Shown here piece after piece: positions 27,371 through 39,100 of a stretch of DNA of 64,000 nucleotides (the stretch's first letter is position 1; each line of letters opens with the position of its first letter). The notes beneath the pieces were generated by a model. It saw nothing but the letters and a program-made list of their open reading frames with translations. It did not search any database and was not told where the DNA came from. Made by a program: the position numbers and the translations under genes. This DNA comes from Fimbriosthenelais zetlandica (lineage: Eukaryota), in NCBI GenBank assembly GCA_977030845.1, contig OZ365115.1:17050001-17114000 (forward strand), written 5' to 3'.

Positions 27371-30300
27371 GCAAAGGAAGGAATTAATGCCAATCCAAAT
27401 CTTACCCAAACCAACCCCTTCGTATCATATCATATCCCCGTCCTCATATCAAATGAACGGACCCCCAAGATACACTAACACATTACTAGCAGTAGACCTT
27501 TATTTTGGCGACATGATATATTGTACAAATCAACAAAACAGCCAGGGATGGGGTCTGATGTGTGGATATGGGGGCGGAGAAGACTTAGATACAGAGGTAT
27601 TCTAATCTACACAATGTCATACTGACAGTACCATTATAAAGGTGAAAAGTCGTAGTTTGAAAGGTGATACAATACAATAATGGATAAATGGATGGATAGG
27701 TCGATGCATAGGCTGAAGGGAAGAGTGAGGTAGGGAAGAAGGTATGAGTGGTTGGAGGGGTGAAGGGATGCCGATGGAAGGAAGGCAGGGGAAGGAATGA
27801 AGAATGAAGGAAGGAGGGAAGGAAGAAAGAAAGAAAAAGAACAGAAATCAGTACAGATAAACAGTATAAGAACATATGAACTGACTACTCGTGTTCATTG
27901 CCAAATTAATATAACCTGCCCAAGCGCACATGTGTTTTCCATTATTTTTTTTCAGAACTTTGAAGCTTAAAATCAACCCACATGTGAAATACCAGATATT
28001 ATATATCACAGATGTAACCCGTTTGTAATGAGAAGTTCTCAGAAAAAAAATCATAGAGAAAGATATCACAAGTCATAGACCAACAGAGTGAAATATCATC
28101 AAAGGTCATTTTGCACTGCAGGTTTCGATCAAACCGTACATTTCAATGCTCAACTCTGGCTCAGTCTTTCTTACAACAGTTACAAAAAAATCAATACTTA
28201 AAGCAAGAAATTTTTTTTTTAAATTGCATGCACCTTAAATTGCCTCTTTGAAAAGTGGCATTCTCATTAACGTAAAGTAAATATTGCGCAAGGCAATGTG
28301 TCAATGTATCACACATTCTCAAAACATTCTTGAACATCTTGAGCAATATTAGCTCCCGAAACGAAAAACCTTTAGATGTGCAATTTAAAAAATCCCTCAA
28401 GCAAGTACCTACTTAGAGCTATAAATAATGGCTGTGATTGAAAAAAATTGAGGGAAAAAGCACAGAAATCCCCATGAAACTGATTAGTGAAAGTGGGCAC
28501 AGGTGTGTGGAGGGCGAGCATAGCTATCACCTGGCTTGTGTTCTCGCGAGGTTTGACGAGAACTCACGAGATATTACCCAACAAGTTTTGGGGTTAAGCG
28601 TAAAATAAGGATCACATATGTGGGGGAAGGAATGGGGTAAAGTGGTAGGTTTAGTGCCCAACACATGTTAGTTATCTGCTCCTCAAAAGGGGAAAAGGTT
28701 TGGTTTATCCGTGGTGCTGTATATATACAACTTATTAGAATGCCTGGGGGATAAAAGGATTTTTATCTTGAAGACATCTCTATTTAGAGGTTTTCTCTGT
28801 TTTCTGGGTTAACATTGAAGGCTTCAAATCTGTACCCAAACTTTATCCAGAGGAGTAAATAGATCTAGATCTACTTCCGACATTGCTGTTCCTAAACTTA
28901 AATGTTTGATTGTATTCATTTTGATTCATTCTGTCCTTCAATTTTACATTCTATTGAATAGGATGTGGAACGTAATACATGTATTTCGATATTAAAGTAC
29001 TTCTTCGATTTATCCATTCAGTCAATTCTGCCTTTTCAATATAAGGATGTGCAAGAATGAGGGCAATTAACTATTGTATGAGGAAACTGCTGAAAGTTCA
29101 GGCAAAGTGAAATGTTTGGAAAAATTCAAAAATGGGGGTGTACAGGAAAGATCCTGAATTGTACTCAGTCACTACCACAATTTGTATATTGAGCTCAGTC
29201 CTTTCATGAAGATGTTGGGCTATGCAATGTCCATGGATGGAACATCTTTGTACCCATCTCCATTCAGAACATTGAATCAATGTATGGTTCAATATTCCTG
29301 GCAGTGAAGTCCTTTCTATAATGATGCATGTATTGTATATCATTCTATTGTATATGAACAATTACGGGGGAATCAGTGAAGGAATATCAATGGACCATAT
29401 CCAATATTTGCACTGGGAGATAAGGTATAGTAGTATAGCATATATATATTGATATATACATACATATATCTGGGCAAGACTAGGAGGATGGGCGCGTCTC
29501 ATGTCAGTATATATATGGTAACATATCGCACCTATTCTAAGCAGGAAATTGCCACCATAGATCAGGTGTGGCAGTGGTGTTCGGAAGACCCGGAAGCCGG
29601 ACGAGGCTGAGTGAATAGGGCTCCAGTGGCTGAGGTCGGGGCTTTACAAACACGACCGAGATGGTACACAATACAGGTTTACATATTGAGATCATTTTTC
29701 TATCTTTAGGGAAGGATGGGAGGGGGAGTGTCAAGGTTAACCCTTGTAACTAAGTTGCTATGGAAATATGGGGAGAGGTAATATACAGGGCTGTCGATAG
29801 GGGGAGGGGCCCATACCACTCCCACCGACCCCCCACCAAAATAAGTGTTGTTTCCGCTATTATGCTCGCAGGTTTTCTGGTTTCTACCCAATATTCTTGC
29901 GGGATGTGAAATCATGTAATAATTATGAATTTTATCTGTCAGTACGTCATTTGTGTAATTAGGCATAGGCCTAGTAGTAGGCTTAACGAATCCTGTTTCA
30001 ATTGAGGTTTAATGCATGATGCCTTGACAACATTTTTAAAAATATCACTCCACTCTAATAATTCCTTCACCAAACGGGTGATATTGAGCGTTCACTTTAA
30101 GTTGTACATTTTATACTGTCCATAATCATTGTCAATTTCACCTAGGGGTGACCTTGATTCTTGGTTGGGCATTGGCTGAGTATATAGATCTGGGTCAGCT
30201 CAGAGACACTGTATGGTAGGACTAATAAGAGCAGTGGACCAGATATTAACTGACTGCACAACGAAACATTAATTAGTTTCATAATCAACTTGAAAGAAGA

Positions 30301-30689
30301 AAGTTTGTTTCAAAACGCAAAGTTATAAACTAGACGGCTGAAGATTTAGAATTCAATAACGAGTCCCTGATGTGCATAAAAACATAATGGGACCGAGTCT
30401 GTGAGGGGTATATTTACTATGGGCAAGGCTCTGGTCGCTGATTAAAAGTCATAAGATTCCAATGCACTGACATGAGGTCATTAAAAGAAAATTGGAATGG
30501 AACGTTAATTAGCTAATTAGCAATATTGTAGAGAGTGGCAGACCGAATGCATTATATGCACTCCTAAATGGACTTTAAATTATAATTTAGAAAAGGAAAG
30601 ACTTAGGTAGGCTAATTCTTTAAAAGTTATTATTGGAAAAGTATAGGTCCCTGCTTGAAGAAGAATTTTTTAGTGACTTTGGTAATTGG

Positions 30690-30790
30690 GAAAAGGAAGG
30701 AAGGAAGGACAGACGGAGAGAAGGACGGAAGGAATGTAGGAAAGAAGGAAGGATATACGGAAGGAAGGAAGAAGGTCTAAGAAGAAAATT
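30690..30790. repeat. (GGAA)n-like tract
   Basis: Directly visible. Confidence 0.9.
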
Positions 30791-32306
30791 TATAGAAGAA
30801 GCCATGTGCAGAAAAGCTAAACGACGTGCATGTAGCAGAGAGCTTGCCTCTAATATTTTAAATCATTAAATTAAAAAGTTCAACAGACGATTAAACGAAG
30901 GCAACATTAAAGGGCACTTTAGGAGATAAGACTTTGACATCTATGGCTTCTCTTGCAGCTTTAATGCCAACCTATCAAAACTTAATGACTGTTTTTAACC
31001 TCCAATCTCCATGATACTGCAGTCTAGAGCAAAAAAATCTATTTAATGAGACCCCATTGCCATTAAAGAAAAGTTAGTTATTGGAAGAGCTTTTAGCTAT
31101 TCTCATTTAGTTAAAATACGGGTATCACATTAACATGATTTGCGATCTTGATGTGAACAGAATTATGGAAATAATAAAAAAATATCAATCTTTTAAATAC
31201 TAATATCTTGTAATTCTTTCTTTTAATTTATATATACCTACATAAATTTGGACGTGTCCATGGACCTTGAGTATGGAAATAAAAGCAAATCCTTCGAAAC
31301 TTATTAAAGTAATGTTGGGACCACTTTCCTAATCTAGTTGCATGAGAAACTAACTACCTTAGGCGTCGTACATTACGATGATGTCTAGCTAAGTTTATGA
31401 AAGAGAACGTTTGTCTTATCTGAAAAATGGTAGGGAATGACAGTGCCTTATTTACGTACATGTAATTGAAAAGTCTGACGTATCCTTTTTAGCGATGAGC
31501 AAGCGAGCGATCTACTCAAAACTTCTTAACTTTTACTATATGAAACATCACAAAGTTCTACGAGATGCGAAGAAGAATGTTAAGAACAAAACAGAAAAGC
31601 AAACATGTAGGCTCCAGGACTTATGACACTTCTAAAACAACAGTTCTTCTCGTGAGCTTTTTTACTCTCTGCTGCTGTTTTTTTCGCATGATAAATCTAG
31701 CGTCCCCCGGTGGAGTGCCTGGTACTAGATCATCTGGCAAGACAGAAGGGCCGGGACAGAAGGTAAGTGATATGAATAAAGAATGTAGGTATCCTCCTCT
31801 CTACCAAGCTCTCTCTAAATAGAGATCTTTATTATAGGATAGAGGTTTTTCAGAATGATCTAACTCGAACAGTCATAAAACTGTTAGCATGTGAGAAATC
31901 AATTATTAGACCATTTTATGTAAGAAGGTAAATTACCTTGCAAGCAAGGAATGAATTACGAATTACTATAGCACAAATTATTGTAGCGAGAAAATAATGG
32001 TTAGGCCTATAAACCAATGATCTACTTTCTTTTGAAACACACATAATTGCTTTAGTTTTCAGACCTTTATGGGTGTCAACAAAAGTTCAGTAGCTTAACT
32101 TTGTTCCAGCTGTCAGTGTCTTAGCACTGTAAAAGGCAAGCTTTTTTCCCTCTTAAACTATATGCCAGTAATAAATGTTTTATATATAGTTGCACCATAG
32201 ACATCCTTTATGTCTATGGTTGCACCTTGCATTCTCTCAATGGGAAGGACCTGAAGCCACTAAGTGGCAATTTATAGAACTATCTCCACCAAAACGAGGC
32301 TGTGAA

Positions 32307-32372
32307 CCGGAAGTACAGAGAGGAGGCCTTGACCTTTAGGTCTCGGGTCACGCGCTAGCCAGAGGAGCCAAT
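32307..32372. promoter_or_regulatory. Promoter-like motif island (ETS, NR half-sites, CCAAT)
   Basis: CCGGAAGT 32307-32314, TGACCTT 32330-32336, GGGTCA 32345-32350, CCAAT 32368-32372. Confidence 0.3.
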
Positions 32373-33859
32373 CAGGAAGGCTGTACTAAAACATGGTGGA
32401 GAAAGAAATTGTGTTTGGTACTGATTTTAAGTGTTTTTTCTCCCCTCCAAATCCAATTATTGTGAGCCGGAGAGAAAAGGATGGAGGAGGTGGGAATGGC
32501 CAAGTCTGCTTGTTCCCTGTCACCTCAGAGGAGGTCGTTCTTCACGAAGAAGAAACTTCAAACTGTTTGAAAGTTTTCTCAGATTAGATTGGCAAATAAG
32601 GTTGCGGGATTGTTTCAAATGGGCAGCTGAAAGGTTCCCTGGAAGTTGTTTTTTTTTTCGGAAAGTTAATTCAGGCAAATAATAGGAAACAATGATGCTG
32701 TGTCTACTTCTGTGTCAATTAATGCATCTTCATTCGATCAACATTGGGACATGGCTTCAAATCCTGTATCACGACAAGCATGTGTGCCAATTGATGTTAT
32801 CAATAAAATGAGGCCAACAAACAAAACCAATATAAATGCTGATGTTAGGCTTACTCAGATCCGATCTCATCCCTTAGGGAATGTATAATAAAAGAAGAAC
32901 AATTCTGTGCAGAGATCGAGTTGGCGGTACAAATAAGAGGCCTGCATTGATACTTCTCAGAACATTGGACATTAAGTGGCAAGGGCATTGTCCGATAACC
33001 CTTCCTAAAATAATTTGCTAAGTTATTTTTTACTTGTGAGTAGGGGATTGTTCATAGGGTTTCCATGAAACCATCCCTTGGAACTGTTTTTATGATCCAT
33101 ATATTTGCAGCACAAATGTCCCTGGGTGATCACTGCCTACCAGAGGGAACAAGTTGCGCCTACCAATCAGGCATTTATAGTGCCTACCAGAAAAGACCAC
33201 ATACCAATAGATGTAAAAGGGGCGACGGGTGCAAACCCCCAGGGGTGTACTGTCCCCTTAGATAAATAGGCCTTTTATAATAGAACCAGTTTTATCAAAG
33301 ACAGAGGATTGGAACTGTGTTGGTCGGGACGGGGTGGGTGTAACAGAAAAGATTTTGTCGCCTTTAAATTAACCTTTAATCTTTATTTCATTACGCAGTA
33401 GGCTGTTTAATTAGGCCAAAATTTGTTTTGGATAACATGGATAACATATTTTTTTGCGGAAATATGGTTTAGCTGAAGTAAGATTGGATATTTTAATTAT
33501 TCGGATAACAGACGGGATTCTATTTTTATTTGTTCTGCTTCAACATTAAAAAATGACCGATAATTTTATGTGCAACTGTATATAATTATGATGGTCAGTC
33601 GGATGACCAGAAACAAATGTAATTCTTTGTTTGGCCTCAGGTTTTACTCCCCAAAGCTTTCCCTTTCAACGTCTCGATATATGTCACTCGTTACTTAGTA
33701 ATTTTAGGTATAGTTACACAATTAGCTAGAGCTTCAAGATTTAAATCACAATGTTAATCTCATTTTAAAGTTGTATTCATCATTGTGATTTCGGCATTTG
33801 ACCGTCACATTAAGTAGATTGATATGGTGAGATAGATGAACATGGTATATGGTTCGAAG

Positions 33860-34110
33860 AAAGGCGAGAAGGAAGGAAAGAAGGAAGGAAGGAAGGAAGG
33901 AAGGGAGGGAGGGAGGGAAGGAGGGAGGAAGGAAGGAAGGAAGGAAGGAACGAACAAACGGAGGAATGAAGGAAGGAACGAAAGAACGAAAGAAGGATGG
34001 ATAGATAGATGGATGGATGAGGGAAAAGAAAAAAGACTTAGAGGAGAAAGGGGAGGGCAGAAAAGCGAAAAGAGATGTATGAGAAAAAGGGAAGACTGAG
34101 AGACTTAGAG
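33860..34110. repeat. (GGAA)n/(GGGA)n tract
   Basis: Directly visible. Confidence 0.9.
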
Positions 34111-34999
34111 AGCCATGCAGAGGGCCTAGATAAGGTCTTGGATCATGAATTGCCTCAAGTAGACTGCGCCTAGATCTGGCCTGGTGCCAGCATCAGAGAG
34201 CCTGTAAAGAAGGTGTCTCTTAGAGATTCCTCCATAAACATTAAGATGATCTTAGAGAAGTGATGCTCTAGGATATATCTCTGACGTATGAGTCAGCGAG
34301 ATGTAGAACTGGAGGCAGACAAAGCACTATAAAACAGGTATACATGTAGGCCTACAGTGATAGTTTTTTATCTACTTGTATTCTTTTTTATCATTCGCCC
34401 CTTCAACTGTATTTTGTTCAATATTCGTGGGGTGGGAGGGAGTTCTATATCATATTAGATAATGGACATATTCAATACAGAGTGCACGCGCGTTATGTTT
34501 AGGGGACCGTCATAAGGAAATGTTACATATATTGTTAAAAAGTGGTAAAATGCCAAAGGTGAGTCGATCATCGGGGGGAAATGCTGTCCCTGTTTAGGGA
34601 AATTCAATGTGTAACCATGCATTGCCTCTATTTTCATGGTACGCGTGTGTTCATTTTTCGAGCAGTTGAACACAAATGGCATTGCTTGCAACTTCGAAGT
34701 CCACATAGGAATTAAGAGCCACCCGTGCAAAACAATCCAGGCTATAGGTCCTCTGAAAAGCTATTCAGGTCTGCAAACATCAAGCTGTTTCAACTATTGC
34801 AAAGGGCATTATGCCTGGTCTATAAATTGTCACTTCTATAGGAGAAGCTAGATATTAATTACTTTACATTGAGACAATAGGATTATGATTTATCTAAATT
34901 AAATCTGTAGGGGGGCCTATGCATTGACTCTCTCTCTCTCCTCTCCCCACCCCAGCCTCCCTCTCCCTCTCGTCTGTCCCTCTCTGCCCTTCCTCTTTC

Positions 35000-35131
35000 N
35001 NNNNNNNNNNNNNNNNNNNNNNNNNNNNNNNNNNNNNNNNNNNNNNNNNNNNNNNNNNNNNNNNNNNNNNNNNNNNNNNNNNNNNNNNNNNNNNNNNNNN
35101 NNNNNNNNNNNNNNNNNNNNNNNNNNNNNNN
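35000..35131. other. Assembly gap (132 N) inside a CT-rich repeat
   Basis: Run of N. Confidence 1.
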
Positions 35132-35780
35132 CCCTTTCCCGAATTCAAACATTTATTTTCTTCAATGAAATAAACCCCAACTGCTATTAAATAAATTAAA
35201 GAATGAATGGTCCGTTATTTTCCTCAGGAAATTAAGTACCTCATAAAGCAAAGTGCTCATTTTTTATATCTTAATATGATAATTAATGTTCCCAGCAGCT
35301 AACAGTATGGGAGAATAATACCCATCACTGTGCACAATAAAAGCTTTGTAGACGCGCGGAAAAAAGGAGTTGCTTGCTTTAAGAACTGGCTAGATGAAAA
35401 TATTAATAATCAAGTCGCCTATCGATCAAGTCATATGGTGAGAGAATGTCTCAAGTGATATCAGTGAAACAAAACCAATAGGAGTAACAAGAAAAAGGTG
35501 GGGAAAAAGAATCTTTGAATCCAATGGAAAGTCAAACGTAACCAAATTGAATTGGTCAAATCATATACCATGCCCCACTTCGAATTCTATGGCAAGTGGG
35601 GCGGGGAAGGGGGGGGGGCATGGCTCGTGTGCCCTTCTGCGTATAACACTAAACAGTCAATGGTAATGTCACCTGATCGGACGGGGGTTTATTTTGCCTC
35701 TGAAAGAAAAGCCTGAAAAAGTGGATTTTGACAGCCCAAATTCAGAAAAGGTGGCATTCCTGTAAAATAAAAGCACTTAC

Positions 35781-36106
35781 TTCTTTGGAGTGAGAGGACC
35801 AGCGTAGACACCGGCGACATCTAGTGGGTTTTGGTGGAGGTTGTCGTTCTGATATTGCACACTAGGGGGCCGTAGTGTTAGTAAATGCTGCTGACCGTTG
35901 GCACGGAACTCCACAGGAGAACTGGCTCCTCCAGGGTCGTCAGATTTACAGGGGGAAACGAAGGAGCGACGGGAGGAGGAAGACGACGATAAGGAGGGGT
36001 CATTTTTCTTGCTTTTGGCAGAGGCTTTCCGTTGTTTTTTCTCTTCACTTTGCGGCAGGGTGGGGAGTGGACGGTTGATCATGTTGGGACTTTGTTGTTG
36101 GGCGGT
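35781..36106 (-). CDS. SH2D5: SH2D5-like exon (Ser/Pro-rich linker), phase 0 in, phase 2 out
   Basis: Acceptor TTCTTTCACAG|ACC, donor AAGAA|GTAAGT, open frame. Confidence 0.7.
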
Positions 36107-39100
36107 CTGTGAAAGAACAATGCAACAACAATATTTGAACTGAATTTGTTTAACTTTCAAATTTAACTTTAAAGTATACATGTATACTATACTCGACTAA
36201 CTGAGGATGAGGAGAGAGTCAATGAGCAAAGAATCGATAACCCCAATCAATTTGATACAAATGATACATAAATCTGATACATATGATAAGGATATATATA
36301 TATGTGTGTACACTTTACTACATAGACACTGAGAATTATGTCTAAGTAAAAAGTGGAAATTCACCTAATATGTCTGGAAAATTCATATTTCTACAGGGTA
36401 AATTTAAAAATTAAAAACATAAAAAAGGAAAGGTATATTATGAAGTTGTTAAATGTAATGTAGGCCTAATTACATGCATTCTACCCGTTTTATCAAGATT
36501 GGCAACAGGTGCACTTTGATAGAACATTATCGATTCTGCTTTCGAAATGCCAAAATGATTGATTTTTTTTAATGCAAGAAGAACATATGCTACATGAGAA
36601 AAAGCTTTGGTTGTTTGATTGTCTGCAAAATCATTCAGTAAATTCAAAGCTTCACTGGAGGTTTTGCCACTGCCGCATATGCGACATGTGTAATTTACGA
36701 ATAAAAACAAGAAACAACCATCGATATTCTAGCCATCAAACTACGTAATAAATAAAGCCTAAAAATAAGTACATGTAGGCCTACTAAAGTTCTCCCTCTA
36801 AACTTATTAAGTGAGAACAGAAGTTATTAAAAGAATATTTCAATCTGTACCTGCAGTAAATATTTTTGATCCATGTCTTTTGATTTCTTTCCCTCCCCCG
36901 TTTTATATTCCTATATTGAACGTTGTGTTCTGTCAACTAGAAATTAGGTAACTTCCATCCTTTACTGTGATATTTTAAACTGTTTAACGTTTATCCATGA
37001 TAATGCTAAACTCCTGGGTAAAGTATGTTCGACCTGTTGTTGGAAAGGCGTGAATGAAGTGAGGAAAGATACGATATGGAACTGGCAAAACAGTACGGTT
37101 CAGAGGTTGAACATGCAAATTATGAATTGGGCAGGTGGGTGGAGTATCCTATATAAGGCAGTGGGGAAAGGAGGGGAATGGATGGGAAGGGGTAAGAACT
37201 TAGGAAGGAAGGAAGGAAGGAAGGAAGGTAGGAAGGAAGGAACAAACAAACAAATTTGAAGGAGAAAAGGAGGAAGGAAGGAATGTAATAAGGAAGGGGA
37301 GATGGGAGGGAAGAAAGAGAAATGAAGCAAAAAAAGGAGATATAGGAACTGGAGGTGGCCGGGAGGAATGGGAGGAGAGGAGAAAATGGAAAGGAAGATA
37401 TTAATAAAAGAGATACGGGAGAGGGAAGGGAGTAATGGCAGAAAGAAGAGAGAGAGGGAGAGGGAATGAGATGGACGGAGAGAAAGGGGATGAAAGGAGA
37501 GGGAGCAAAGAGCTTTCCTTTGTTCTTTCCTTTTTTCACTTTTTTCATGCAAACCAACAGCCCTAGCTAGACCTTAGGGCCTTCCACCCCACATCCCATA
37601 CCCCACCTCACCCCAACCCCTACACACAACACTGACACAGATGGGCATAAGGGAGAGAGGAAATTGCAGGTGTTCAATGACTCGGTAAATGTAAGAAATC
37701 ACCCAAGAACTCCAAGGCAAAAAATAACAAAAAACTACAAAGAAATACCTCAGGATAAAGGGTGTATTATTTTATGTTTTTGCATGGAATTTTATCAGGA
37801 AAATTGGCCTATATATAGGCGACTGTAGTGTCTGAGAAAGAAGTTTACGGGCCATGAATGTGTCTGTGAGATTCTGAATGGAAAAGAGAATGGAAATGTT
37901 CCATATTTCCCTAATGCTTGGGCTCCACTAAAGCACTAAACGGAGACTGTACAGAAGTTAGAACAGAAGTCGGTGTTTAATGTCACATTTAACAATCTTT
38001 TCAATTATATATTCACGGTGCCTTCTTGAGAGAGTGAGCAACCTTCCCCACACGGGCCAGACACCACTGTGAACATTGGTCCAAGAACAGAAGCGTTAAT
38101 GGCATCCATCGCCATGAACTACGATGATTTAGATCTGATCGTCAGGGTGTTGTACAACAATGATTTAGCCTATGGTTGTACAACACTGTGTATCGCTGTA
38201 ATTCTCAGTTCGGTGAAGCAGATGAATATCAGTAGTCTACTCTTTGCCCAGTGTTCAATTCTATCGATCCATGAGAGATAATAAACACAATATTCAATAC
38301 GACCACTTCTGACTCAAACAGCTTTTTGCCATGTCACTTAACCAGTATGATGGAGACCATAATAATTATTGCAAGTTTAAATCATTAATAATGTCTCCGA
38401 CTATTAAAGGTAAGGTACTTGTAAGTGTCTAATGACTTAGTATATTCTCTGATTGGTCGTTATTCATTGGAGTGAATCATAGTCACAATAATCCATAGTT
38501 TTTGAAGCAAATTTAGTCAACTAAAACCACCAAAGCTGTGTACTAGAGCCAGGACTCCAATGTTACGATTTGGCTTGCGACGGAATTGCGACAAAGGTGA
38601 TGCTTTTGTCGCAATGAAAAATGGGTAATGGAGGACGGCCTTAAGGCCTTGGACACTTCAACCACAATTCATTAATTTCATTGCAACACAAGCATCACCT
38701 TTGTCGCAGTATCGTCGCGAGCAACATCGCAGCAGTGGAGTACAGGCTTAAGGATTAATGAATACCAATTACTCACCTCATTTGAATCGTCATCAGCCGG
38801 ATGGGGTTCATCACTGACAACCGGATACAGATACGTCTCCCCATCCACACCGTCATCCTTCGTCACGCCTGATTTACTCATAGAACCATTAAAGTGAGAG
38901 TCTATCGTTTCTTTCATGGCCATGACGGGTGAACCGTGACTGCGGTGATCGCTGGCTTCGAAGGCCTCGCGTAACGCACTCATGGACACGCTGGCCGGGG
39001 AGGAGCGTAGGTGTCCGTTCTGTTTATTGGGCGTAGAACCGGCGTACATGGAATGTCGCTGGAGCTCTTCCGAGAAAGGCGTCTTGTGTTTACTCTTCCC

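Noticed and set aside
29540-29645. Possible phase-2-in / phase-1-out exon (PDLSHWSPIH...LLRI)
   Set aside because: Weak AAG acceptor without a pyrimidine tract, no homology.
30780-31140. Possible LINE RT remnants (also ~24000-24230 and ~25600-25820)
   Set aside because: Only vague resemblance, many stops, no diagnostic motif.
33030-33125. Minus-strand GWFHG, an SH2-start-like motif
   Set aside because: Following residues (NPMNNPLLT) do not continue an SH2 domain, and the acceptor phase (0) does not match the phase-2 donor.
937-37557. Numerous ORFs over GA/GGAA/CT tracts (ERERE, KEGRKEG, FLPSFLP types)
   Set aside because: Translations of simple repeats, not genes.
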